From: a virus
IMG/VR virus record: IMGVR_UViG_3300025010_000018
Length of the DNA: 43,733 nt
Reading direction: 5' to 3' (one strand)
Positions 1-7,252 of the stretch are shown here, piece by piece. Under the pieces are notes generated by a model. That model was not told where the DNA came from. It saw nothing but the letters and a program-made list of their open reading frames with translations, and did not search any database. A program made the translations under genes and the position numbers. Every line of letters begins with the position of its first letter. Positions within the stretch are counted from its first letter, which is position 1.

Positions 1-127
1 TAGTTTCTGCGAAGCCATCTCTCCAAACTCATACATTGGCGAACTAGATAGTATTGTATGCTCGAATGATTTGGCGTGCCATATTATCTTCTTCATATTT
101 ACTCTCCTTTCTCTTTAAGGTTAGATA
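1..127. repeat. Terminal overlap of the contig: 1-127 equals 43607-43733, so the genome is circular or circularly permuted
   Basis: Window start (tagtttctgcgaagcc...ctttaaggttagata) matches the window end base for base; identity ends exactly at the window end. Confidence 0.9.
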
Positions 128-299
128 AGAATTTCTTATTATCATCTTCAAGATTAGATACCAACATTAAAAGCATATTTGCAAGATTCTCACCGTTCTT
201 TGCTAGTTGAGGAGGATATGCAATTATTGCCATCTTAATTCCTCGGAGTATTTCTTCTCTCCCCTTTATCCTAGACTCTTCTATTTCTTTCTGGTTCAT
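99..299 (-). CDS. Hypothetical early protein (66 aa)
   Basis: ORF track. Its stop lies 3 nt from the start of the next leftward gene across the circular junction. The last ~8 codons (NLKEKGE) lie inside the 641-bp repeat. Confidence 0.55.
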   Translation of the reverse strand: MNQKEIEESRIKGREEILRGIKMAIIAYPPQLAKNGENLANMLLMLVSNLEDDNKKFLSNLKEKGE

Positions 300-326
300 T
301 ACTCTAACCTTTAATAATTTAACTAA

Positions 327-539
327 CTATTCCATCCACCCTACACACTCATTTTCGCAAAAGGCGTGGATATGTCCATTAACACTATTTGCCATTCCAT
401 AACGAATCTTTCCTCCACAATAAGGACACTCTAATTCTCCAGATACATCTTTACCCTTCTTAATCTCTTCTCTATGTTTATCTAAAATCATTTTACGAAC
501 CACCCCTATCTTTTCTATTGTTTTATCTATTTCTTTCAT
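327..539 (-). CDS. Small zinc-ribbon protein (70 aa)
   Basis: AGGAGG Shine-Dalgarno about 7 nt upstream; CPYCG ... H-x-H ... CENEC cysteine/histidine pairs. Confidence 0.65.
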   Translation of the reverse strand: MKEIDKTIEKIGVVRKMILDKHREEIKKGKDVSGELECPYCGGKIRYGMANSVNGHIHAFCENECVGWME

Positions 540-561
540 CTCTATTCCTCCTTAAATTAAA

Positions 562-1278
562 TTAAACCTTTCTAATCTTTAATTTTTTAACATCTACTCC
601 TAACGCTTTCGCAACCTCGTCCATAGAGTATTCATTACTCTTAATGCTCAATTCCTTCTCAACGTCTATTCCACTTATCTCCAGGAATAGTTCATTGTTC
701 CAATTAGGCAATGTTAATGTCTTTCTTCTATCCTCATCACTCGCATTTTTCCAACTCTTCCTGAATGCCTCTTGGTATTCATAGCTTCTTAAATAACCAC
801 CAGTTGTCTTGTATGTATCGTGTGCTACTTTCTCTTCATCTGTCATAGCCTCTTCTGGTATCCATTCTGTAATATCAAAGTAGAAATAATTAGGGAACTC
901 TAAATCATCTCGTGCAATATCACAATCCATATTAAATATTCTTACTTTTGGTCTTACAGTGTTTAAGAATCCAGTATTCCCATCCCCAGTATTCCAATCC
1001 CCAGTATTCCCATACCCAGTATTCCCATTCCCAGTATTCCCATCCCCAGTATTCCCATTCCCAGTATTCCTATCCCCAGTATTCCCATACCCAGTATTCC
1101 AATCCCCAGTATTCCCATCCCCAGTATTCCAATACCCAGTATTCCTATCCCCAGTATTCCCATCCCCAGTATTCCTATTCCCAGTATTCCCATTCCCAGT
1201 ATTCCCATCTTCTGATACTGTTTTGATAGTGTCTTTCTTTACATACTCAACGCCATCTATCACTATTTCGTTCTTCAT
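562..1278 (-). CDS. Pentapeptide-repeat protein with 16-17 tandem NTGxx units plus a globular C-terminal domain
   Basis: Protein reads GNTGNGNTGNRNTGDGNTGDRNTGYWNTGD... with strict 5-residue period; encoded by a 15-nt DNA repeat. Confidence 0.85.
   Translation of the reverse strand: MKNEIVIDGVEYVKKDTIKTVSEDGNTGNGNTGNRNTGDGNTGDRNTGYWNTGDGNTGDWNTGYGNTGDRNTGNGNTGDGNTGNGNTGYGNTGDWNTGDGNTGFLNTVRPKVRIFNMDCDIARDDLEFPNYFYFDITEWIPEEAMTDEEKVAHDTYKTTGGYLRSYEYQEAFRKSWKNASDEDRRKTLTLPNWNNELFLEISGIDVEKELSIKSNEYSMDEVAKALGVDVKKLKIRKV
971..1210. repeat. Tandem 15-nt repeat (ccagtattccNaNNc, about 16 units) encoding the NTGxx repeats
   Basis: Visible periodicity in the sequence; open in several frames, which produces shadow ORFs. 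Confidence 0.95.
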
Positions 1279-1323
1279 ATTAAATAAAATTATAAATTAA
1301 ATAGCTAATCCTTAATAACTAAC

Positions 1324-1389
1324 GGTGGAGTGCCCCGACATCATGAATGTCTACCGCTTACGGTGTGCACCCGCCTTCACTCCCCCGAT
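1324..1389 (-). ncRNA. Candidate structured RNA core, copy A (66 nt), between conserved flanks
   Basis: Closing stem 1327-1332/1378-1383 (ggagtg/cactcc); inner hairpins 1337-1351 and 1353-1364; flanked by blocks identical to those at 4949-4979 and 5140-5155. Confidence 0.35.
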
Positions 1390-1695
1390 AATCATTAAAA
1401 GAACTTTTAGTACACTATATGAGATACTCTGGGTAGGACTCCATCATAGTCAACGTACGATTGCGAATCTTCTTGTTGCTACAAATGTAATTTTCATCTA
1501 CCTACTTGCTCGGTGTTAGGCGAATATTACAATACGCTTTTTCCTCCTTCTACAACCTGCCCGTGTAAATACAGTGCATTAAATCTGCCACCAAAGTACC
1601 TCATAAAATGTACTATTTAACTTTTTAAGAGCAACTAAAAGACTATTCCTTGTTCGCAGGTGGCTCGTGACCATCAACAAACAGGGGGCAGGCTT

Positions 1696-2175
1696 CTATG
1701 TACCACTCATATTTGACCTTACTCTACTATCAATCAAGGTCTTAATCTTGCTCTGAGAGTAATTAATTGTTCTATCCGCGTTCTCATATAAACCTCTTAA
1801 TTTTCTTGCTTGATAATTAGCCTTAATCTCCATTTGTTTAATCTCATCACACTCTTTCTCTGCCATAGCCTTCGCCATTCCATCAGTAATCTTGTCTCCA
1901 TTCTTTAACTCTATATACTTATCTCTAACGCTCGATTTATATTCTTCGCTTAATGCCTCTGCTTTAGTATAAGCATAGTCTTTTAAGTCCCCTAGATTAA
2001 ACAAGAGGCTTGAGAGTATCATCATAGAATCTGTTACCTTATCCATCTGCCAACTCTCCACAGGAGTATCTTCAAAGTATTTTTTAATGTGCAAAATCTT
2101 CTCTACAATAGGCATTCCCTCAATACCTTTTTGTATATTATCTATATCACTCATAATTTCCATACTGTTTATCAT
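1696..2175 (-). CDS. Hypothetical early protein (159 aa)
   Basis: ORF track; co-oriented with and close to neighbouring genes; no motif recognised. Confidence 0.6.
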   Translation of the reverse strand: MINSMEIMSDIDNIQKGIEGMPIVEKILHIKKYFEDTPVESWQMDKVTDSMMILSSLLFNLGDLKDYAYTKAEALSEEYKSSVRDKYIELKNGDKITDGMAKAMAEKECDEIKQMEIKANYQARKLRGLYENADRTINYSQSKIKTLIDSRVRSNMSGT

Positions 2176-2188
2176 ACTTAGTATATTA

Positions 2189-2677
2189 TCAGTTTATATT
2201 CTTTTTGTCAATATCCAAATAGACTTGTAGTAATGAATTGTCCTTCTTGAGTGCATTAAATCTTGTTCTGAATTCGTCTGACAGTTCCTCTAGTTCTGGC
2301 ACGGAGAGCTTATCAAGCAGATTAGAAATCTTCTCTTTTTCTTCAAAGTCTTCCAGGCCATATCTCTTTATATACCAGATATGGTATGCGGGGTAATTTC
2401 CATCTCTTCCCCCATATATAGAGCTTTTGTTGCAGTCTTCACATTGTCCATTTACCAGGCGAGTGTCAAAGAGTATTGATTCGTTTCTTCCGCCAATGCA
2501 ATGTCCTGCTTGGGTATGTTTGAACTCATACCTCACACCACAGCTAACACAATAACACTGGTCTGGTTCTCCTGTCGTGAATAGACAATCTCTCAAACGA
2601 ATATATTTGCTAAACCAGTCCCAAGTTCTTTTCTTAACTGTAGTCTTCTTTGGGGCTTTGATTTTTGGTATTTTCAT
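2189..2677 (-). CDS. NinG/Rap-like recombination endonuclease candidate
   Basis: N-terminal KKRTWDWFSKYIRLRD followed by CYCVSCG ... GHCIGG ... CEDCN, the pattern I associate with the lambda NinG family. Confidence 0.55.
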   Translation of the reverse strand: MKIPKIKAPKKTTVKKRTWDWFSKYIRLRDCLFTTGEPDQCYCVSCGVRYEFKHTQAGHCIGGRNESILFDTRLVNGQCEDCNKSSIYGGRDGNYPAYHIWYIKRYGLEDFEEKEKISNLLDKLSVPELEELSDEFRTRFNALKKDNSLLQVYLDIDKKNIN

Positions 2678-3281
2678 TGCTGATAGTTCGTAATATTAAA
2701 TCCTGATTTTCTTTAACCCAATCCATTATCTTCTTATCAAACTCGACTTCTTCTATTACATAGTCGCCATCGTTCTTAAAAATAATAACGGCGAGTTTCC
2801 CTTTCCAATCTGTTGCATTTGCATATAGAGTTAGTTGCCACTTCGTATGCTTAATCTTTTGGTTGTTTCTTTTGTAGGGCTTTTCGTCGTAAGCACCAAA
2901 AGTCTTCCAATCTGCCAACATCTCCTCGCCAGTTGCCTTATTTCTAACTAATCCATCATATCTACCTGCATAATTCAATTCTTCGCAGATTACTTCTTGT
3001 TCCGTGTTTACTAATTCCCAATCTTCTAAAAACTTATTCATTCCCATGGAGAGGTTGTCCTCTAACTTGTCCATCTGCGGGGCTGATAGCCACTCCAATC
3101 TGCGATATACGTTGTCGAGGTACTCTGACACCTTGCTACCTAAAATACGGCTTGTATTGGTTATGACTTGCGGGTCTTTGCCTACTCTTTGACACCAATT
3201 CTCAAAAGCCACCCTGTTGAATGGGTCTTTAAGTTCAATGAGAGAAGTAACTGATAGATATTTGTCGTAATATATCCTCAT
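2634..3281 (-). CDS. PD-(D/E)XK-type nuclease candidate (215 aa)
   Basis: GRYDGLV ... LADWKT resembles the D ... (D/E)xK nuclease core; sits between SSB-like and NinG-like genes. Confidence 0.5.
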   Translation of the reverse strand: MRIYYDKYLSVTSLIELKDPFNRVAFENWCQRVGKDPQVITNTSRILGSKVSEYLDNVYRRLEWLSAPQMDKLEDNLSMGMNKFLEDWELVNTEQEVICEELNYAGRYDGLVRNKATGEEMLADWKTFGAYDEKPYKRNNQKIKHTKWQLTLYANATDWKGKLAVIIFKNDGDYVIEEVEFDKKIMDWVKENQDLILRTISNENTKNQSPKEDYS

Positions 3282-3332
3282 TCTAAAGGAATTAGAACTA
3301 AAATTATTACTATTGCTATTAATGTTCCCATG

Positions 3333-3845
3333 TTAAAATGGGAGTTCGTCTTCTAGTTCTTCCTCTTGTGTCAAAGTCTTAGCTGGTTCTAATGCCTTTT
3401 TACTAAAATCTAGGGCGTCCTTGACCTCTACGGTCTTCGCAACGCCATTCCATAGTTCCTTTCGTGGTGTAACTATTCCAAGCTTTTCTTCCACGACCTT
3501 TAACCTGTTGTCAAACTCCTTAAAGTCTAGTTCTAACGCTTTTCTGCCACCCTCTTTAGGGGGAAGTTCAAGGTTAAAGTATTTCCTTCCATTGCTTTCT
3601 TTCACAACAATTTTTCCCGTCATAGACATACCGTCAACCCAGCCATTTGTATTGTCAAAATAATCAAAGTAGGTTACTCTGCCCCGAAAATCTGGGTCAT
3701 TAATAGTTCGTGGGTTAAAATCTAAATTTACTTTCACATAAGGAAGTTTCTTTTCTTTCGATAATAACGGGTTACCATTAATATCTTTATAATCCTTATA
3801 TATTTTGTCTATCGTAACATTGTTTAACTCGTATTCTGTATTCAT
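3333..3845 (-). CDS. Single-stranded DNA-binding protein candidate
   Basis: Acidic C-terminal tail ending EEELEDELPF, like the DDDIPF tail of SSBs; beta-rich N-terminal region; recombination gene context. Confidence 0.55.
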   Translation of the reverse strand: MNTEYELNNVTIDKIYKDYKDINGNPLLSKEKKLPYVKVNLDFNPRTINDPDFRGRVTYFDYFDNTNGWVDGMSMTGKIVVKESNGRKYFNLELPPKEGGRKALELDFKEFDNRLKVVEEKLGIVTPRKELWNGVAKTVEVKDALDFSKKALEPAKTLTQEEELEDELPF

Positions 3846-3846
3846 A

Positions 3847-4113
3847 CTATTTATTGTTTAACTTAGTTAACTCATCATACTCCTTCTCGAGCGTTCCTAT
3901 TCTTTTATTGTCCCTCTCTATATCCTCGTCTCTCCAGTCTGTCTCTTTAACGGCCCACTTGGCATATACGAGTTTTTCTCCTTTATTCCACCCTCGTAAT
4001 TTTGATTTAAGCTTCTCAGACAAAATGAAATTGGTTGTGTCATCTATAGACGGTCGCCCTAAATGTTTCACCACAAAACCTTGATACCTTTCTAAAAGGT
4101 CTTCCTTACTCAT
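3847..4113 (-). CDS. Hypothetical protein (88 aa)
   Basis: ORF track; 1-nt gap to the downstream gene. Confidence 0.6.
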   Translation of the reverse strand: MSKEDLLERYQGFVVKHLGRPSIDDTTNFILSEKLKSKLRGWNKGEKLVYAKWAVKETDWRDEDIERDNKRIGTLEKEYDELTKLNNK

Positions 4114-4273
4114 TCAATTTTTCTTTTAATAATTTAATGTCTATCTTTTCTAATATTTCTTTTGATTCGCTCTCTTTACATGGAATGAAATTGGTTCCTA
4201 TGCTACAACTGTTACCGAGAGAAGGGTAAATAATTAATCCATTATCTGTTTTTATAGATATTATTTTTCTCAT
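4106..4273 (-). CDS. Unlisted small ORF (55 aa, MRKIISIKTDNGLIIYPSLG...)
   Basis: Hand translation of the gap; ATG at 4273 lies 1 nt after the upstream stop; its stop overlaps the ATG of 3847..4113 by 8 nt. Confidence 0.5.
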   Translation of the reverse strand: MRKIISIKTDNGLIIYPSLGNSCSIGTNFIPCKESESKEILEKIDIKLLKEKLNE

Positions 4274-4274
4274 A

Positions 4275-4652
4275 TTATTTACTTTCCTTTAATAACTTAT
4301 TTTCTTTTCTTAAATCAATAATCATTTCCTTGGCCTTTGCCATTTTTGAGGCGTATTCTGCCTCAATTTCAATTCTTAACTTATCAATATCAGGGTTTCT
4401 AGTGTTCTTTAACGCCTCAATCCCCAATTTTATTTCTTCCCCTCCCTCCATTAACATCTCCTTTATATCGGCCACGAGTTCTTTGATTACCTTTCGTGTC
4501 TCTAACCTTACTTCGTCCTTGTCAAGACTATCTCCCCCTATTGTATAGCTTAGGAATTCTGAAGCCTTCTCCTTTGAGAAAGTATCTTTTGAAAGGGGAA
4601 TATCATACCCCAATGTGACCTTTATCTCCTCATATCTATTTTGTATTTCCAT
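4275..4652 (-). CDS. Hypothetical coiled-coil protein (125 aa)
   Basis: GGAGG Shine-Dalgarno upstream; charged heptad-like sequence. Confidence 0.65.
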   Translation of the reverse strand: MEIQNRYEEIKVTLGYDIPLSKDTFSKEKASEFLSYTIGGDSLDKDEVRLETRKVIKELVADIKEMLMEGGEEIKLGIEALKNTRNPDIDKLRIEIEAEYASKMAKAKEMIIDLRKENKLLKESK

Positions 4653-4672
4653 TTTGTCCTCCGTGTCAAATA

Positions 4673-4933
4673 TTAATATATATCCATTTCATCAGCACAT
4701 CTATTGCAGATATGCCCTGTTCCATAATCAATGGAAACAGCATCATTCTCATCGACTATGATTCCACATCTATAACATTGCACGGTTTTGATATCGTCCT
4801 CATCATCAAAAAGGATAGGTGGCGTGTCTATGTCCTCACACTCTATGTCCGACCATATACCGTCCTCCCACTTTCCGACGCCACTTCTAACTCCATTTTC
4901 ATCAAATCCCTCTGGAATATTGTTGTTGTTCAT
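4673..4933 (-). CDS. Small acidic zinc-ribbon protein (86 aa)
   Basis: CYRCG ... CNRC cysteine pairs; follows conserved-flank module copy B. Confidence 0.6.
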   Translation of the reverse strand: MNNNNIPEGFDENGVRSGVGKWEDGIWSDIECEDIDTPPILFDDEDDIKTVQCYRCGIIVDENDAVSIDYGTGHICNRCADEMDIY

Positions 4934-4978
4934 TTGCAGTTTTTATATTAAATTAAATAGCTAATCCTTAATAACTAA

Positions 4979-5139
4979 CACCAACCTAGCACAATACTGT
5001 TCCTGTATTATGCCAAGTGAACTAGGTAATTACTCCTAGTTGAGAAGTTGGGCACCGCCTGTATCTCCGCTTCGGTCTTCTCATGGACTCTCAATTCCAC
5101 ATTGCTCGTAAGCTAACGAGGTGCGTACAGATTGGTGTC
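4979..5139 (-). ncRNA. Candidate structured RNA core, copy B (about 160 nt), between the same conserved flanks as copy A
   Basis: Closing stem 4979-4984/5132-5137 (caccaa/ttggtg); several inner hairpins; the ACCG-AAG-CGG hairpin resembles the one in copy A. Confidence 0.35.
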
Positions 5140-5157
5140 AATCATTAAAAGAACTCC

Positions 5158-5307
5158 CTACTCCACAAAATTGGTTTCATAACCAGTTTCAGTCATAAAT
5201 CTATCACACTCCATCTTAGCCATATATTTGACGATAGAGTTTACACCTAAAATTATAATTGCAATGGAGGCACATACAGCAACAATAAAATTCCAAAAAT
5301 CGTTCAT
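5158..5307 (-). CDS. Unlisted small membrane ORF (49 aa, MNDFWNFIVAVCASIAIIILGVNSIVKYMAK...)
   Basis: Hand translation; one clear hydrophobic helix; its stop directly abuts the conserved block 5140-5155. Confidence 0.5.
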   Translation of the reverse strand: MNDFWNFIVAVCASIAIIILGVNSIVKYMAKMECDRFMTETGYETNFVE

Positions 5308-5780
5308 TCTTCTACTTAATAAAATTATTTACAGTTGCTACTGCTCCAATGGAATTATGATTCTCACTAGCAGTACGGCATTGCATAACTCAAGCCCACA
5401 ACCTGTCCTCAACCGTGGGCAAACATATTTCATAGTGGTACGGGCTAGAATCCGTCTTGGTTTACCATAGCCACTACACAAGCGTGTAATGGGTACTCTA
5501 TCCTGTTTTCTACTCTAAACTAACCACTACTAATCAAATACATTGGTCGGGGTGCTACCCTATATAGTCAGTATAGTTTAACTTTTAGTGCGTATTACAG
5601 ATGGTGTTGACCAGTATCTCCCATATCAGCAACAAACACTTTCACCCCAGTCAATATATTTGATTTTATTGTGTGAACAGGGCTTCTATACGGCATAACT
5701 GACGAGCAGTATCGTTTTTCCGATATTTCTACCCTGTTCATTTCCTAAGTTAAAGAGCTACATTACCTTCCCTATCTTAC
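5308..5780 (-). ncRNA. Candidate long structured untranslated RNA or leader (about 470 nt)
   Basis: No credible ORF. Sits downstream of a TTGTAA-17-TATAAT promoter. Stems: 5675-5682/5732-5739 (8 bp), 5710-5725, 5394-5399/5415-5420, 5339-5345/5369-5375. Confidence 0.35.
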
Positions 5781-5786
5781 AATTGC

Positions 5787-5815
5787 ATTATAGCATTTCA
5801 TTGACATTGTTACAA
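5787..5815 (-). promoter_or_regulatory. Sigma70-like promoter on the minus strand (TTGTAA, 17-nt spacer, TATAAT)
   Basis: -35 at 5815-5810 and -10 at 5792-5787, read on the minus strand. Confidence 0.45.
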
Positions 5816-5833
5816 TAAAGCAATAATAAATTA

Positions 5834-6094
5834 CTATATACTAAAATCATCTTCTATCTTGTCGCTTGGGTATATATGTATTTTTATCCCGTCAAATTCC
5901 CATTCAAAGTCCTCTCCTTCTGATAGCTCCTCTACCTCGCTATCATCGAAAGCAACCTGCATTTTATAATCATCTAAAAACACTAGAGTTTTTGAAAGGG
6001 CTTTCATGTATCCACGCCAGTACATGAGGTCGTATTCTGTTGCCTTGGGTTGTAACTCTGCGAACTTCATTTCCTTTTCAATTAGTTTTTTCAT
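5834..6094 (-). CDS. Hypothetical acidic early protein (86 aa)
   Basis: ORF track; co-oriented gene string. Confidence 0.55.
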   Translation of the reverse strand: MKKLIEKEMKFAELQPKATEYDLMYWRGYMKALSKTLVFLDDYKMQVAFDDSEVEELSEGEDFEWEFDGIKIHIYPSDKIEDDFSI

Positions 6095-6111
6095 AGTCTT
6101 ATTTGATTAGT

Positions 6112-6369
6112 TTAATATTTGTATGCAGGAAATGGCTTATCCTGTTCGTCGAGTCTAAAATCCCACACATCTAACATCTCCTCTAACGACATTTTTAAGA
6201 TTGCCTCTCTATCTTGGCCTTCGATATCGTATTCGATATAGCTCAACATGTCGGTTCTAACAGCGTCGCGACTTGTGTAGTTGTATCCCGTGTCCGTGTA
6301 TTCTCCCACTTGTTTATCAAAGACTGCGTAGTATTTCATAGTATTATATTTATATATTAGATTAAGCAT
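6112..6369 (-). CDS. Hypothetical acidic early protein (85 aa)
   Basis: ORF track; overlaps the upstream gene by 8 nt. Confidence 0.55.
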   Translation of the reverse strand: MLNLIYKYNTMKYYAVFDKQVGEYTDTGYNYTSRDAVRTDMLSYIEYDIEGQDREAILKMSLEEMLDVWDFRLDEQDKPFPAYKY

Positions 6370-6556
6370 TTATAAACTCAATGGCACTTTGTATTGTCTT
6401 GAAAGCTAGGTTGTACCCTTCGAATTTTTCGTCCCCATTCATTACAGTTTTCGCGTATATGTCGTAGTGGTCGTTCGTATATCTCGAATGTCTTACTTGG
6501 TAAACCGTGTAGCATATAGGCGAATTCTGTTTTTTCAATTCATAAAATACTCTCAT
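6362..6556 (-). CDS. Hypothetical protein (64 aa)
   Basis: ORF track; tight packing with neighbours. Confidence 0.5.
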   Translation of the reverse strand: MRVFYELKKQNSPICYTVYQVRHSRYTNDHYDIYAKTVMNGDEKFEGYNLAFKTIQSAIEFINA

Positions 6557-6574
6557 AATTAGTATTGATTTAAA

Positions 6575-6820
6575 TTATATTAAGCTAAGCAATAGACCCG
6601 CCAATGCAAATAATCCGTAGAAAAATATGCACAAGCCGAGTACTGCCACAATAAACCCGACTACACCCATTCTGCAACTCTCCCTATCTGCTTTCATGTT
6701 GTTTCCTATTGTGTTTATGCCTGTAGCACCACTCATTCCAGTAGCTCCATTCATTCCGTTGTCGCCTATCGTTGTGGCTTCATATAGTCTATGTAAAAGA
6801 CTTCCTCTGTTTATCTTCAT
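6575..6820 (-). CDS. Small membrane protein (81 aa) with a C-terminal transmembrane segment
   Basis: C-terminal VVGFIVAVLGLCIFFYGLFALAGLLLSLI. Confidence 0.55.
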   Translation of the reverse strand: MKINRGSLLHRLYEATTIGDNGMNGATGMSGATGINTIGNNMKADRESCRMGVVGFIVAVLGLCIFFYGLFALAGLLLSLI

Positions 6821-6926
6821 AGTCTTAATGTAACAATTTAATTACCAATCTATTTCCCATGTCATACACTGCCATATATTTCTTTTTGGGTAAATATGTC
6901 CTAGGGTCTATTTTCAATCTCATATA

Positions 6927-7064
6927 TTATTTCAATATAAGCTTAGATAAGTCCCCACCCGATATCATTGCTTCATCATTTGTTAAATCTACCATGATTA
7001 GAACTCCGCCAATTAGCTCTGCTAATTTCCCTGGATTCATACCATTAAGTTTAATTGTATTCAT
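6927..7064 (-). CDS. Unlisted small ORF (45 aa, MNTIKLNGMNPGKLAELIGG...), possible first gene of the leftward operon
   Basis: Hand translation; about 100 nt downstream of the minus-strand promoter at 7172-7200; competes with plus-strand ORF 6859..7086. Confidence 0.35.
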   Translation of the reverse strand: MNTIKLNGMNPGKLAELIGGVLIMVDLTNDEAMISGGDLSKLILK

Positions 7065-7171
7065 AGCTATAAATATAAAAACTTAAGTACATATTGAGGT
7101 AGTATCGGGTAGGGCGTTATCCCTAAAAAGGTGCCGTTTATCCTGCTACCCTTTACTATCTTACTATAAAT

Positions 7172-7200
7172 AGTATATAGCTTTGTTAGATAATTGTCAA
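7172..7200 (-). promoter_or_regulatory. Sigma70-like leftward promoter (TTGACA, 17-nt spacer, TATACT)
   Basis: Plus-strand tgtcaa at 7195-7200 and agtata at 7172-7177 read as -35 and -10 on the minus strand. Confidence 0.5.
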
Positions 7201-7252
7201 GTGATATGTATGTACTACTAATATGTTCTAGTGTTATGTTATAGGTATATTT

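Noticed and set aside
948-1300. Three extra ORFs in the track (948..1226 +, 959..1300 +, 963..1208 -) with repetitive QYSHP / PVFPS / GILGM sequences
   Set aside because: They are alternative-frame and antisense readings of the 15-nt tandem repeat that encodes the NTGxx protein. Only the 562..1278 frame has proper non-repetitive N- and C-terminal domains and gene context.
1323-1390. tRNA-like 3' end (minus strand reads ...GGGGCACUCCACC) and a general search for tRNA genes
   Set aside because: The closing stem encloses only about 57 nt and there is no T-loop (GTTCGAATC-like) or D-loop motif. I found no convincing T-arm consensus on either strand anywhere in the window.
1325-1519. Plus-strand ORF of 64 aa inside spacer A, and similarly 5228..5470 inside spacer B
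   Set aside because: They run opposite to all neighbouring genes, lack ribosome-binding sites and have odd composition. They span sequence better explained as structured non-coding RNA.
6859-7086. Plus-strand ORF of 75 aa at the start of the leftward arm
   Set aside because: It runs opposite to the whole leftward operon and the sequence is hydrophobic and repetitive. The minus strand offers small ORFs (6927..7064, 6825..6923) downstream of a good promoter. Confidence is low either way.
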